Shown: one piece after another, positions 29,764-40,445 of the stretch
Position numbering within the stretch: position 1 is the stretch's first letter
Layout: the number at the start of each line of letters is the position of its first letter
Assembly: GCA_030637025.1 (NCBI GenBank)
Contig: DAOVVV010000022.1
Location: 1 to 45,449, forward strand
Length of the DNA: 45,449 nt
Reading direction: 5' to 3'
Origin: Clostridia bacterium
Lineage (GTDB): Bacteria; CBDUZB01; JAGLHV01
Program-made: the position numbers and the translations under genes
The notes under the pieces: generated by a model
Told to the model about the DNA's origin: nothing
The model's database searches: none
What the model saw: the letters and a program-made list of their open reading frames with translations, nothing else

Positions 29764-30526
29764 TTTCTTTCCACCATAATTTAGTATATTTACTAAAAAC
29801 ATAAAACACATTTAAAACACATAAAATAAATCCTTCCCGTCCGTCCAATATTCCTAATTTCAAAATATATTTTTTAAAAAAAACAATAAACGGATAAATA
29901 AAAAAATGATACCATTTAGCCCTTTTATTTTTATCCCACATTTCATTAGCTGACAAACTGGTATACCGATTGACTTTATTAAAATAATCTTTCAAACCGG
30001 AATAAGGACGATGAAGCAAAACATTACTCAAATATGCCGATTTTCCGTTTAAAATTATACCCTCATGCACCTGTTTGCTTTCATCAAATTTACCCTCAGT
30101 TTTCCTAAACAACCTCAATACATAATCAGGATACCATCCACAGTGTTTTATCCACTTACCTAAAAACTGCGAATATCTGGAAATATAAAAACCATTAACA
30201 TCCGCCCGGCTTAAAGCATTCTGTATTTCTTCCGCTAAAACGGGCGTAACCTCTTCATCGGCATCAATCCATAAAATCCATTCCCCGCTTGTTTTTTTGA
30301 TTCCTTTATTTTTGGTTTTAGCAAAACCTTCCCATTGAACAGAAAAAACTTTATCCGTATAGCGTTTGGCAATCTCTGCGGTCTTATCCTCACTCTGTGA
30401 ATCAAGAATTACAATTTCATTAACCCAACTCAAGCTCATTAAACATTTCTCTATATTTTTTTCTTCATTTTTAGTAATAATCAGAGCAGAAATCCCGCCC
30501 TTTTTTTTACTCAAATTATCCATCAT
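29744..30526 (-). CDS. Glycosyltransferase family 2 (WaaE/KdtX-like)
   Basis: IITKNEEKNI, DSQSED, IDADE, GWYPD, VHE. Confidence 0.9.
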   Translation of the reverse strand: MMDNLSKKKGGISALIITKNEEKNIEKCLMSLSWVNEIVILDSQSEDKTAEIAKRYTDKVFSVQWEGFAKTKNKGIKKTSGEWILWIDADEEVTPVLAEEIQNALSRADVNGFYISRYSQFLGKWIKHCGWYPDYVLRLFRKTEGKFDESKQVHEGIILNGKSAYLSNVLLHRPYSGLKDYFNKVNRYTSLSANEMWDKNKRAKWYHFFIYPFIVFFKKYILKLGILDGREGFILCVLNVFYVFSKYTKLWWKENETAKD

Positions 30527-30536
30527 TTATCCTCAT

Positions 30537-31688
30537 CTAAAAAAAATTCTGCATTTTTTCCTCTATTTTTTTCCCAAAATTTTCTATCTGACCAACAATT
30601 TCCAGTTTAACCTTTAAAGTAAAAATACCTGCTTTTAATCTATCATCCAGTTTAAGATGTTCTATCTTCACCTTATCTTTTTGGGTAGTTACAATAATTT
30701 CATTTTTTATGCTCTTTAATATTTTCTCTATCCGGACTTTTTCATAAACATAATGGTCCGGAAAAATCATAAAATCAACAATTTTTGCCCCTAAAGATTC
30801 CAGTGTTTTTCGAAATGATAAGGGGTTACCGATACTACAAATGGCTACTACATCTTTACCTTTAAGAAAATCTATTTCTTCTGCTTTCTTTTTGAAACCC
30901 ATAGACACTAGTGCTACAGGTTGATGCACTGTTTTGACTATTGCGGCCTGTGGATTAATTTCCTTTAATTTACTAATAGTATTTTCTAATATTTCTTCTT
31001 TTACCTGGTCAGTATGGGTAATAAAAAATACATCCCCGCGTTTTAATGATGAAGGATACTCCCTTAAAAAGCCCCGTGGAAGAAGATATCCGTTACTAAA
31101 AGGAAATAAAGCATCTATTGTTATAATATCTAAATCCCGATGTAGGCGCAAATGCTGAAACCCATCATCCAGAACAAGCACCTGAGTAGCATATTTTTCC
31201 AGAGCATATTTCCCGGAAATATATCTGTCTTTACCGATAATAACCGGAATTCCCTTACATGCCCGGGCTAAAAGATATGGCTCATCACCCGCCAGAAAAG
31301 AATCCCGAATAACATTTTCACCATCACTAATTACCAAAAATTTTTTCTTTTCTCCCTTTAACTTACCACCTGCCTGATAAAAACCACTCTTGTATCCTCT
31401 ACTTAATACTGCTACCTTTTTTCCCTGTTCATTAAACATGCGCACCAACATTATCACTACCGGTGTTTTACCCGAGCCACCAACAACAATATTACCCACA
31501 GAAATTACCAGACATTTTATCTTTTTTTTCTTAAAAACACCCGCCTTATACAAAAAAAACCTTATTTTTATTACCGCTCCGTACAATAAAGACAACCACC
31601 ATAAAGGTATAAAAAGAAAAAAATTAAATATACTTTTTTCTTTTTGGTAAAATAAATTAAAAAAATATCTTTCTATTTTCTCTTTCAT
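30537..31688 (-). CDS. lpxK: Tetraacyldisaccharide 4'-kinase
   Basis: SVGNIVVGGSGKTP, LSRGY, GDEP, LDDGFQH, FPDHY, TTQKD. Confidence 0.96.
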   Translation of the reverse strand: MKEKIERYFFNLFYQKEKSIFNFFLFIPLWWLSLLYGAVIKIRFFLYKAGVFKKKKIKCLVISVGNIVVGGSGKTPVVIMLVRMFNEQGKKVAVLSRGYKSGFYQAGGKLKGEKKKFLVISDGENVIRDSFLAGDEPYLLARACKGIPVIIGKDRYISGKYALEKYATQVLVLDDGFQHLRLHRDLDIITIDALFPFSNGYLLPRGFLREYPSSLKRGDVFFITHTDQVKEEILENTISKLKEINPQAAIVKTVHQPVALVSMGFKKKAEEIDFLKGKDVVAICSIGNPLSFRKTLESLGAKIVDFMIFPDHYVYEKVRIEKILKSIKNEIIVTTQKDKVKIEHLKLDDRLKAGIFTLKVKLEIVGQIENFGKKIEEKMQNFF

Positions 31689-31700
31689 TATTTTTTTTAA

Positions 31701-32699
31701 CTATAAAATAAACTCTCTCATTCTTAAAAATACTTCTTCAACTTTTTCGGGAGTAACCTTATCCATACACTGCATAGAAAAACACTCATTTTGATTACAT
31801 CCAATACAAGCTACATCTGCCCTTAGCACCCGATGTTCCTGCTCAGGAGGATTCCAGCATTCACTTTGAGTCGGACCATAAATAGTGATAGAGGGAACTT
31901 CCATTGCTACGGCAATGTGCTTCGGTCCATTATCATTACTGATTAACAAATTACATTTTTTAATTAAAGCAGCTAACTGTTTTATATCTACACGGGGAAT
32001 AATCACCGCTTTATTTTTCATCAAAGAAATAATTTTTTGTATTTTTTCTATTTCTCCCGGTCCCCAGAGAAATATTATTTGGGCATTATATTTTTGTATT
32101 AATTTGTCAGCAAGTAGAGCAAAATACTCCCCCGGCCAAATTCGGGTTTGTTTTCTGGAAGTAGGACTTATTCCTATCACCGGTTTTTTTTTATCTAAAT
32201 TATTATCGGCAAAAAAATTTTCCGCAAAAGTTTGAGCCCCGGAAGGTACAAACATTGATAAAGGCTCTCTCTCATCCCCTATATCAATTCCCACTGCCCT
32301 TAAAGCATCTAATTTAAAATCTACTATGTATTTAGGTTTATCGTCTCTCTTAACCCTTATATTATAAGCAAATTTTCTTCCACGAAAATCAAATCCTATT
32401 TTTTTACGGGCTTTACTAAAAAAACTTATCAAGGCAGTACGGGGATTACCTAAAAAATCAAAAAGAAAATCGTATTTTTCTTTTCTTATTTTCTTGATTA
32501 AATTTAGCTGGTTTAAAAACCCTTTTTTTGAAATTATAATATTATTCAAATAAGGATTTCCTGAAAGAATATCAAAAAAAGGTTTTTCTATTAAAAAATC
32601 AATTTGTGCTTGAGGAAAAGCCTTATGTAAAACGCTTATCACGGGTGTAGTAAGCAAAATATCCCCCATCCGCCTTAATTGGATAACTAAAATTTTAAT
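31701..32699 (-). CDS. Glycosyltransferase family 9 (heptosyltransferase-like)
   Basis: KILVIQLRRMGDILLTTP, NDNGPKHIA, YGPT, C-terminal Cys cluster. Homology extends upstream of the track ATG (32669) to an ATT at 32699. Confidence 0.9.
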   Translation of the reverse strand: MKILVIQLRRMGDILLTTPVISVLHKAFPQAQIDFLIEKPFFDILSGNPYLNNIIISKKGFLNQLNLIKKIRKEKYDFLFDFLGNPRTALISFFSKARKKIGFDFRGRKFAYNIRVKRDDKPKYIVDFKLDALRAVGIDIGDEREPLSMFVPSGAQTFAENFFADNNLDKKKPVIGISPTSRKQTRIWPGEYFALLADKLIQKYNAQIIFLWGPGEIEKIQKIISLMKNKAVIIPRVDIKQLAALIKKCNLLISNDNGPKHIAVAMEVPSITIYGPTQSECWNPPEQEHRVLRADVACIGCNQNECFSMQCMDKVTPEKVEEVFLRMREFIL

Positions 32700-32724
32700 T
32701 TTATTAACCTCTCATTTAATTTGA

Positions 32725-32884
32725 AAAGTTCTGCAAAATAGCTTTTTATCTTTTTTGCCTATCCTCCACCTCCAGTCTGTAAGGAGGGTCATTCCTGCGA
32801 AAAAAGGAATCTATTGATATTTAAAAACATTATAGATTCCGCATCGAGTGCGGAATGACGAAATATTGTATTTTGCAGAAGTCT
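32725..32884. mobile_element. MITE/RPE-like element, family A copy 2
   Basis: Terminal inverted repeats AAAGTTCTGCAAAATA / TATTTTGCAGAAGTCT; exact 10-bp flanking direct repeat TTTAATTTGA (32715-32724, 32885-32894); internal GTCATTCC...GGAATGAC. Confidence 0.8.
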
Positions 32885-32910
32885 TTTAATTTGAAAAAAC
32901 GCAATCATTC

Positions 32911-34299
32911 TTAAATAATATATAAATCATTATCCGCAGCAATTTCCTTCTGCTCTAATTCTTTCTTTTTCTCCTCATATCCCGCTCTTCCCATTAAAGC
33001 ATAAGTCAGCTCTTTTCCTAATTCTACCCCCGGTTGATTTAAAGCATCTATACCAAAAAGTTCTCCCATGCAAACTGTAGCCATTTCCAAAAGATAAATT
33101 AACTGTCCTATAGTATGTTCATTTATTTGGGGTAATACCAAAGACACATTGGGCCTGTTGTTTTGGGTTAAAGCTAAAGAAGTAGCTTTTTCTTCACTTT
33201 TGAGCAGTTCTTGAAGTGTATGCCCTTTTAAATAATGATTGTAAAATCCCGGAATTTCCATTTGTAAACCAAATTTGCTAACCGACAAAAAAGTAATTAT
33301 TTTATCAAAAGGGCCTTCCATATACAACTGCATCTGAGAATGCTGGTCAGTTACCCCCAATGCTTTCACCGGGGTAGGTCCAACATTTACAATTTCACCA
33401 TTATTATTAAATTTTTTTCCCAGACTTTCCGCCCACAATTGTCTGAACCAATCAGCAATATCCTTTAAATTATGTGCATAGGGCATCATTACATTTATTT
33501 TTTTACCCTTTTTATACATTAAAAACTGAATTGCTGCATACATATAAGCCGGATTTTTCCAAATTTCCGGTTCATTACAAACATTATCCATCAATTCCGC
33601 CCCACTCAATAATAGCTCTATATCAATTCCTGAAAAAGCAGCTGAAACTAACCCCACCGGAGATAAGACAGAAAATCTTCCCCCTACATTCCGAGGTATA
33701 ATAAAAGAAGAAAAAGCCTCTTTTACCTCTTTTTCCCGCAAAAATCCTTTTTCCTTATCCGTAGTAACTAGTATATGTTGACCACATTTATCCCCTATTT
33801 TATCCTGAAGCGCTTGTTTCAATATAAAAAAATTGGCTAATCCTTCTGCTGTATTTCCTGACTTACTAACAATATTAAATAATGTTTTCTCCAAATCCAA
33901 TACATCTAATAGTCCACTGGTAAATATCGGATCCACATTGTCTAAAACAAAAATACGGGGACTTCCTTTTCTTCCCTGAGTAGATAGTAAATTATAAAAA
34001 GGGTGATTTAAAGCTGTCTGCAAAGCAATATTACCTAAAGCCGACCCTCCTATCCCTATAACAACTAAATTATCGAATTTTATTTTGTTTTTGTGGGCAA
34101 AAGACTTTATCTGTTCTGCCTCTGATTTTTGATAAGGTAATTGCATAAAACCTAATACATCGTTTTGTTTTTTCTTTTGGATGTTTTGATGTGCTTCCCG
34201 GATTAAAGGACTAAATTCCTCCAACTCTTCCTTCTTTATTCCCTGTTTACCTACTTTTTCCTGCATACAATTAGCAAAATTAAGCCGAACCTTATCCAT
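32911..34299 (-). CDS. pgi: Glucose-6-phosphate isomerase
   Basis: GIGGSALG, SKSGNT, VGGRFSVLS, QLWAESLGK, DQHS, QPGVELGK. Confidence 0.97.
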   Translation of the reverse strand: MDKVRLNFANCMQEKVGKQGIKKEELEEFSPLIREAHQNIQKKKQNDVLGFMQLPYQKSEAEQIKSFAHKNKIKFDNLVVIGIGGSALGNIALQTALNHPFYNLLSTQGRKGSPRIFVLDNVDPIFTSGLLDVLDLEKTLFNIVSKSGNTAEGLANFFILKQALQDKIGDKCGQHILVTTDKEKGFLREKEVKEAFSSFIIPRNVGGRFSVLSPVGLVSAAFSGIDIELLLSGAELMDNVCNEPEIWKNPAYMYAAIQFLMYKKGKKINVMMPYAHNLKDIADWFRQLWAESLGKKFNNNGEIVNVGPTPVKALGVTDQHSQMQLYMEGPFDKIITFLSVSKFGLQMEIPGFYNHYLKGHTLQELLKSEEKATSLALTQNNRPNVSLVLPQINEHTIGQLIYLLEMATVCMGELFGIDALNQPGVELGKELTYALMGRAGYEEKKKELEQKEIAADNDLYII

Positions 34300-34361
34300 C
34301 GTTATTTATTCCTCCTCCTGCTTTATTATTTTACTATATCTTCCCTTCTATTTAGAAAAGA

Positions 34362-34391
34362 AATATACCATATTCTATTAAACTTTGTAAA
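34362..34391 (-). promoter_or_regulatory. Putative pgi/LPS operon promoter
   Basis: TTTACA, 18 nt, TATATT with TG extended -10. Confidence 0.5.
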
Positions 34392-34452
34392 GGGGAAATT
34401 AACAGACTTCAAAATTATGATATTTTAATCTATTCCATTTATAAAAGCTTTA

Positions 34453-34461
34453 TGTTATAAT
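34453..34461 (+). promoter_or_regulatory. Putative extended -10 promoter of uvrA
   Basis: TGTTATAAT about 50 nt before the ATG; AAGGAG SD. Confidence 0.55.
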
Positions 34462-34511
34462 TTGTACAATATGAGAGTTGTCAATTAAGATAAGGAGAAA
34501 ACACAAAAAAA

Positions 34512-37322
34512 ATGCTTCAGGATAAAATAATTATTAAAAAAGCAAAAGTGCATAACTTAAAAAATATTACTTTGGAAATTCCCCGTAATAAATTAGTAGT
34601 AATTACCGGGCCTTCCGGATCAGGAAAATCTTCTCTGGCTTTTGATACCATATACGCTGAAGGACAGCGCCGCTATGTAGAATCACTTTCCGCTTATGCC
34701 CGGCAATTTCTGGAACAAATGGAAAAACCCAATGTAGAATCTATAGAAGGATTATCACCGGCTATAGCTATCCAGCAAAAAGCAACTACAAGAAACCCCC
34801 GTTCCACAGTAGGAACAATCACTGAAATTTATGATTATTTACGGCTTTTATTTGCTCATATCGGAAAACCTCATTGCCCAAAATGCGGACGAAAAATTCT
34901 TCCTCAATCTGTTCAACAAATAGTAGAAAAGATTTTATATTTACCCGAGGGTAAAAAAATTCAAATTCTTGCTCCCCTGGTCAAAGGAAGAAAAGGAGAA
35001 CATCAAGAACTATTTAACCGTATCAGGCAAGAAGGTTTCGTCCGGGTGCGCATAGACGGAAAAATATACGACTTAGACGAAAAAATAAAATTAAATAAAA
35101 ACAAAAAGCACCAAATAGAAGTAGTAGTAGACCGTTTAGTTATTCACCGGCAAATAAAAGAACGTTTATCCGATTCAGTAGAAACCGCTTTGAAAATAGG
35201 AGAAGGAATTATACTTATTTATTTATCAGAAAAAAAAGAACTTTTATTTTCCGAACATTATGCCTGTGCTCATTGTGATGTAAATTTACCTGAAATTTCC
35301 CCTCGCATATTTTCTTTTAACAGCCCTTACGGTGCCTGTCCTGCCTGCGACGGATTAGGAAACAAAGAGGAAATCGATATAGACTTAATTATGCCTGATA
35401 AGAATTTATCCATTAGCCAGGGAGTTTTTGTCGGATGGTTTCAACCTATTACTAATCGAACAGGTCGCTGGCAAAAAACAGCAGCTAATTATTACTATAA
35501 AATGTTAAAAAAAGCAGCTCTTGCTCACAATTTTAGTTTAAATACCTCTTTTTCAAAATTAAAAAAGGAACATCAGGAAATTCTTCTTTACGGTGACACC
35601 TCTTTTGAAGGCGTAATTACTAATTTAAAACGGCGTTATCGTCAAACAGAATCAAATTATGTTAGAGAAGAAATCTATAATAAATACATTCGTTCTCATT
35701 CTTGTCCTGTCTGCGAGGGATCCAGGTTGCGTAAAGAATCACTTTCTATCACTGTTGATAATAAATCCATTTTTGAAGTTTCCGGTTTATCAGTTAAAGA
35801 AGCAACTATTTTTTTTAAACAACTTAAATTAACCCAAAAAGAAGAAGTAATTGCTCACCAAATTTTAAAAGAGATTAAATCCCGGCTTTCTTTCTTATCC
35901 AATGTCGGATTGAATTACATAACCTTAAACCGCCAAACTTACACCTTATCCGGGGGTGAAGCACAAAGAATTCATTTAGCTACCTCTATTGGCTCGAATT
36001 TAGTCGGGGTAGTTTATGTCTTAGATGAACCATCTATCGGATTACACCAAAGAGACAACAGGCGACTTTTAAACACTTTAGAAAAATTAAAAAACATGGG
36101 AAACAGTATGATTATTGTCGAACATGATGAAGAAACGATTAGACATGCAGATTATATTGTAGACTTAGGCCCTCAGGCAGGAATAAACGGCGGAGAAATA
36201 ATCTGTGCCGGTCCTATAAAAAAAATACTAAATTGTGAAAAATCATCTACCGGACAATATCTCAGCGGGAAATTAAAAATACCTATCCCTTCCCGGAGAC
36301 GAACAATTAATCCTAAAAAATTACTCGAGATAAAAAAAGCAAGTCAGTTTAATTTAAAAAACATAAATGTAACAATTCCTTTGGGCATTTTCACCTGCAT
36401 CACCGGTGTTTCAGGATCCGGAAAAAGCACATTAGTCCAGGAAATAATTTATAAAGGTTTAGCCCAAAAAATTTACAACGCTAAAGAAAACCCGGGGAAA
36501 TTTAGAGAAATCACAGGAACTGAAAATATTGATAAAGTAATTGTAGTTGACCAATCACCTATAGGAAGAACCCCCCGTTCTAATCCGGCAACTTATACCG
36601 GCGTTTTCACTCATATCAGAGCTTTATTCAGTCAGGTTCCTTTAGCAAAAATGCGCGGATATTTGCCCGGGAGATTTAGCTTTAATGTCAAAGGAGGAAG
36701 ATGCTCATCCTGTCAGGGAGACGGAGTAATAAAAATCGAGATGCAATTTTTACCTGATGTTTATGTGAAATGCGATGAATGTAACGGACAACGTTTCAAT
36801 GAAGAAACTCTGCGTATAAAATACAAAGGACAAAATATCCATCAAATATTAGAAATGAGTGTACAAGAAGCTCTGGAGTTTTTTCAAAACATACCTCAAA
36901 TTAAAAAACTTCTCACGACCCTCCATGATGTCGGGTTAGGTTATATAAAACTAGGACAATCCTCTACTACTCTGTCCGGGGGAGAAGCACAAAGAATAAA
37001 ACTTGCCGAACAGTTATCCCGCCGTAGTACAGGAAAAACATTTTACATTCTCGATGAACCTACCACCGGTTTACATTTTACCGACATAGAAAAATTACTA
37101 AATGTTCTTCACCGGCTGGTAAATTTAGGAAATAGCGTCCTGGTTATAGAACACAACTTAGAAGTTATAAAAACAGCTGATTACATTATTGATTTAGGCC
37201 CCGAAGGAGGAGAAGAAGGAGGACATATAATTACCCAGGGCCCTCCAGAAAAAATAGTAAAAGAAAAAAAATCTTTTACCGGTCACTTTTTAAAAAAGGT
37301 ATTAAACTCAAAACCAATTTAA
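34512..37322 (+). CDS. uvrA: Excinuclease ABC subunit A
   Basis: Two ABC ATPase domains ([24 protein letters not shown] twice) and Zn fingers. Confidence 0.99.
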   Translation: MLQDKIIIKKAKVHNLKNITLEIPRNKLVVITGPSGSGKSSLAFDTIYAEGQRRYVESLSAYARQFLEQMEKPNVESIEGLSPAIAIQQKATTRNPRSTVGTITEIYDYLRLLFAHIGKPHCPKCGRKILPQSVQQIVEKILYLPEGKKIQILAPLVKGRKGEHQELFNRIRQEGFVRVRIDGKIYDLDEKIKLNKNKKHQIEVVVDRLVIHRQIKERLSDSVETALKIGEGIILIYLSEKKELLFSEHYACAHCDVNLPEISPRIFSFNSPYGACPACDGLGNKEEIDIDLIMPDKNLSISQGVFVGWFQPITNRTGRWQKTAANYYYKMLKKAALAHNFSLNTSFSKLKKEHQEILLYGDTSFEGVITNLKRRYRQTESNYVREEIYNKYIRSHSCPVCEGSRLRKESLSITVDNKSIFEVSGLSVKEATIFFKQLKLTQKEEVIAHQILKEIKSRLSFLSNVGLNYITLNRQTYTLSGGEAQRIHLATSIGSNLVGVVYVLDEPSIGLHQRDNRRLLNTLEKLKNMGNSMIIVEHDEETIRHADYIVDLGPQAGINGGEIICAGPIKKILNCEKSSTGQYLSGKLKIPIPSRRRTINPKKLLEIKKASQFNLKNINVTIPLGIFTCITGVSGSGKSTLVQEIIYKGLAQKIYNAKENPGKFREITGTENIDKVIVVDQSPIGRTPRSNPATYTGVFTHIRALFSQVPLAKMRGYLPGRFSFNVKGGRCSSCQGDGVIKIEMQFLPDVYVKCDECNGQRFNEETLRIKYKGQNIHQILEMSVQEALEFFQNIPQIKKLLTTLHDVGLGYIKLGQSSTTLSGGEAQRIKLAEQLSRRSTGKTFYILDEPTTGLHFTDIEKLLNVLHRLVNLGNSVLVIEHNLEVIKTADYIIDLGPEGGEEGGHIITQGPPEKIVKEKKSFTGHFLKKVLNSKPI

Positions 37323-37445
37323 ATCCGGACCTTCTCCACATCCCAAAAACCTATTAATAACAGCCCCTCACTTTTCCAAGATTAACCAAAAGCATTTTGA
37401 ATAATAAAAATTTTATCTTCAAAACAAATTTATAAAATTATAAAA

Positions 37446-37847
37446 TCAGGATTCATTTTCATTATTGTTCCCGTTATCAATCTGCTCAAAAATTTTCTCT
37501 ATTTTACCCAACAATCTTTCTTCCTCAAAAGGTTTAGTAATATAACCAACAGCACCCATAAAAAGGCCTTTCCATTTATCAGCAAGTTGATCTTTTGCTG
37601 TAAGAAAAATAATGGGAATAAACATTGTATCTTTTTCACTTTTTAATTTCTGGCAAACCTCAAAACCATCTATTCCAGGCATTAATACATCCAATATGAT
37701 TAAATCCGGTTTCTCTTTCTGGATAAGCTTCAAGGCATCTTCTCCATTATAAGCAGAAACTACCTCATATCCTTTCCCCTCAAGGAAAATCTTTACAATA
37801 TCTACAATATCAAACTCATCATCTACTACTAAAATCTTTTTTTTCAT
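37446..37847 (-). CDS. Single-domain response regulator (receiver only)
   Basis: VVDDE, LDVLMPG phospho-Asp, LTAK, KPF; no output domain. Confidence 0.93.
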   Translation of the reverse strand: MKKKILVVDDEFDIVDIVKIFLEGKGYEVVSAYNGEDALKLIQKEKPDLIILDVLMPGIDGFEVCQKLKSEKDTMFIPIIFLTAKDQLADKWKGLFMGAVGYITKPFEEERLLGKIEKIFEQIDNGNNNENES

Positions 37848-37861
37848 ATTTCACCTCTTTT

Positions 37862-39340
37862 CTATCTTTTATTTATTGGCAAAGTAAATATAAATCGACT
37901 ACCTTTACTCTCCTCACTTTCTACCCAAATTTTACCTTGATTGATTTCAATAATATGTTTAACAATTGCTAATCCCAATCCAGTACCTTCGGTTTTTGTA
38001 ATGTCTTTATTTTTTATTCGATAAAATTCACTAAAGATTTTATTTGAATCAGCCGGTGAAATGCCTATTCCCGTATCAATACAATATACTTTTACCATAT
38101 CCGCTTCGTTTACTGCCCGTATAGTTATTTTTCCTCCCTGGGGAGTAAATTTAATAGCATTCCCGATTAAATTGATAAAAACCCTGCTTAACAATTTTTC
38201 ATCTACATAAACATCCGGAAGACCGGAAGAAATTTCTATTTCTAAATTAATGTCTTTATCTTTGGCCTGAATATCCAATTCTTCCACTATGTTTTTCACA
38301 AGTTCCAATAAAGAAATAAATTTTCCCTCGTAATCTATCTTTCCATATCGTATTTTTGAAAGATCCAATAACCCTGTTATTAAAGAAGTCAGACGTTTAA
38401 CGTGTTTAGCAATTCTTTCCATTTTTTCTTTCTGCTGATCATTTAATTCACCCAAGTTACAAGACAACAAAATAGACGTGTAACCTTTTATTGAAGTTAA
38501 AGGGGTGCGCAATTCATGAGAAACTAAAGAAACAAAGTCATCTTTCATTTTATTCAGTTTTCTTAATTTCAGACGCATAGAATCAAATTCTTTTGCTAAT
38601 AATCCAATCTCATCAGAACTTTTTATTTTAATTTCCTTGTCAAAATTTCCTCTACCCAAAATTTCTGCTCTTTCCGCTAATTCAAGTATAGGCGTAGTTA
38701 TTTTTTTCGCTATAAGATAAGTGACCAAAAAAGCAATAATTAAAAGAGTAAGAGTAATTTTTATACTTAATTTAATAATTTTTTTTTGCTGCTCATTAAT
38801 ATTTATCAAAGATATCCCGACCCGGCTGATACCAATAATTCTCCCTTTAACTTTTCCTCTTTTTTCTTTTCCATTTAACAAAGAATCTTCTACAGATCTT
38901 TCTATTGTAGCAAAAACCGGCGCATAAAATTCCCATACTTTTGAAGAAGAAAAGGGATATTGCCAAAATGGCTCTCTGGTGTTGTGTATTTTTTGTTTTA
39001 CATCAATATTTAATTTTTCAGTTGTTCGCATCCGAGTGTGTTTAACAAGTATTTTCCCTTTATCTTTATATAAAAAAACATATACAACATCTTTCTCAGC
39101 CCATATTCCGTTAATTACCGGATCGATAAAAGAATCCTCTTCGGAAAATATTGCCAGCTCACTCATTCTGGCCAAATTGGTCACTAAAGAAAGTCCTTTA
39201 TTTACTAAATTTTCCTTTAACAATTTATTTTGCTGTTGGATAAAAAGGCCGGCAAAGGTTAACGATACCAATAAAACCAAAACAGCAATATACCAAAATA
39301 ACTTTTTTCTAAAACTGTATTTTATTTTTTCCCTCTGCAT
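37862..39340 (-). CDS. Membrane sensor histidine kinase (2 TM, HAMP, HisKA, HATPase)
   Basis: SDEIG HAMP, SHELRTPL H-box, NLIGNAIKF, DTGIG, GTGLGL. Confidence 0.95.
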   Translation of the reverse strand: MQREKIKYSFRKKLFWYIAVLVLLVSLTFAGLFIQQQNKLLKENLVNKGLSLVTNLARMSELAIFSEEDSFIDPVINGIWAEKDVVYVFLYKDKGKILVKHTRMRTTEKLNIDVKQKIHNTREPFWQYPFSSSKVWEFYAPVFATIERSVEDSLLNGKEKRGKVKGRIIGISRVGISLININEQQKKIIKLSIKITLTLLIIAFLVTYLIAKKITTPILELAERAEILGRGNFDKEIKIKSSDEIGLLAKEFDSMRLKLRKLNKMKDDFVSLVSHELRTPLTSIKGYTSILLSCNLGELNDQQKEKMERIAKHVKRLTSLITGLLDLSKIRYGKIDYEGKFISLLELVKNIVEELDIQAKDKDINLEIEISSGLPDVYVDEKLLSRVFINLIGNAIKFTPQGGKITIRAVNEADMVKVYCIDTGIGISPADSNKIFSEFYRIKNKDITKTEGTGLGLAIVKHIIEINQGKIWVESEESKGSRFIFTLPINKR

Positions 39341-39410
39341 TTTTAAACCCTTTTATATTAAAAAACTAAAAACAAAGATAATATAATCTTTAAATAAAAA
39401 ATCCGACTCT

Positions 39411-40337
39411 TCATCTATAAATTTTATCCGCTCTTTCTTTCATTTCCTCAGGAATATCCAGTCCCATTGTTTTTGCCGTCTTTAAATTGATAAACAACTT
39501 TAATGCCCGGGCAAAAATTAAAAAGGAACTTTTAGGGTTTTTTTCTTTTAAAATTCGGAGGGCTAACTCTCCGGCTTGCCTTCCTATATCTATAGCATCA
39601 AAAGATAACGCCAACAAAGCACCTTTTTTTACATATTTATCAGAAATACCCAACAAAGGAATCTCATTCCTGAACGAAAAAAGTAACATATATTTTACTG
39701 AAAGAGGCGTAATAGTAGTAGTATCGGGAACCATCCAAAAAACATCTATCTTATCCTCTAATTTTTTTACGGCATTAATAATCTCTTCCTGACTATAAAC
39801 AGCACTGGTAATAAACTCTAATCCTTCCCGATTACAAACTTTTTTTGTTTCTGAAATCAAATATTCTGTTTGTTCCGGATTATAAACGGCCCCAATTCTT
39901 TTAATTTTGGGAAAAATTTCTTTTAAAGTCATAATTTGTGCCTCAGGAGACACATTCATGCTAACCCCTGAAATATTTTCTACAGCATCATCCTTAAACA
40001 TAACATCAGGATTTAATACCATACAAAAAACAATTGGGATATCTTTTATTTTACTCTCAACTATTTCCAAAGCAGAAGATCCTATAGCCAATATCAAATC
40101 CGGTTTTTCATATTTCAACGCAATAATAATTTCTTCCTTTCTTTTGTTTTTTAAGTAATGATAACTATAATGACTATTTATACAGATTTTTTTAAAACCC
40201 TTTAATGCATTTTGATAGGGTTTAATATTTTTTCCGGTCACAACAGCAACTTTATAGTTATAAGAAAAGACCGGCGTAATTAAAAACAAAAAAGAAAAAA
40301 CTATCCCTATTAACAAAAAAAATCTGTTTTTTTTCAT
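39411..40337 (-). CDS. ABC-type substrate-binding protein (ABC_sub_bind-like)
   Basis: Signal peptide; PIVFCMV.NP, NISGVS, RIGAVYNP, IGRQAGELA, INLKTAKTMGL. Confidence 0.85.
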   Translation of the reverse strand: MKKNRFFLLIGIVFSFLFLITPVFSYNYKVAVVTGKNIKPYQNALKGFKKICINSHYSYHYLKNKRKEEIIIALKYEKPDLILAIGSSALEIVESKIKDIPIVFCMVLNPDVMFKDDAVENISGVSMNVSPEAQIMTLKEIFPKIKRIGAVYNPEQTEYLISETKKVCNREGLEFITSAVYSQEEIINAVKKLEDKIDVFWMVPDTTTITPLSVKYMLLFSFRNEIPLLGISDKYVKKGALLALSFDAIDIGRQAGELALRILKEKNPKSSFLIFARALKLFINLKTAKTMGLDIPEEMKERADKIYR

Positions 40338-40445
40338 TATTGAAGAAAAACCCCCTATTCTGTTTTTTTATTATAACTGTAAAAACTAAAATTTATATTT
40401 TAATTTAAATAAAATCAATTTAACCGCACAAAAATTTTCTTTTTC

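Noticed and set aside
32911-34299. pgi substituting for the missing gmhA
   Set aside because: The protein has all canonical Pgi motifs; gmhA may be elsewhere in the genome.
34300-34511. LexA box upstream of uvrA
   Set aside because: No match to CTGT-N8-ACAG or GAAC-N4-GTTC seen; a lineage-specific box cannot be inferred from one site.
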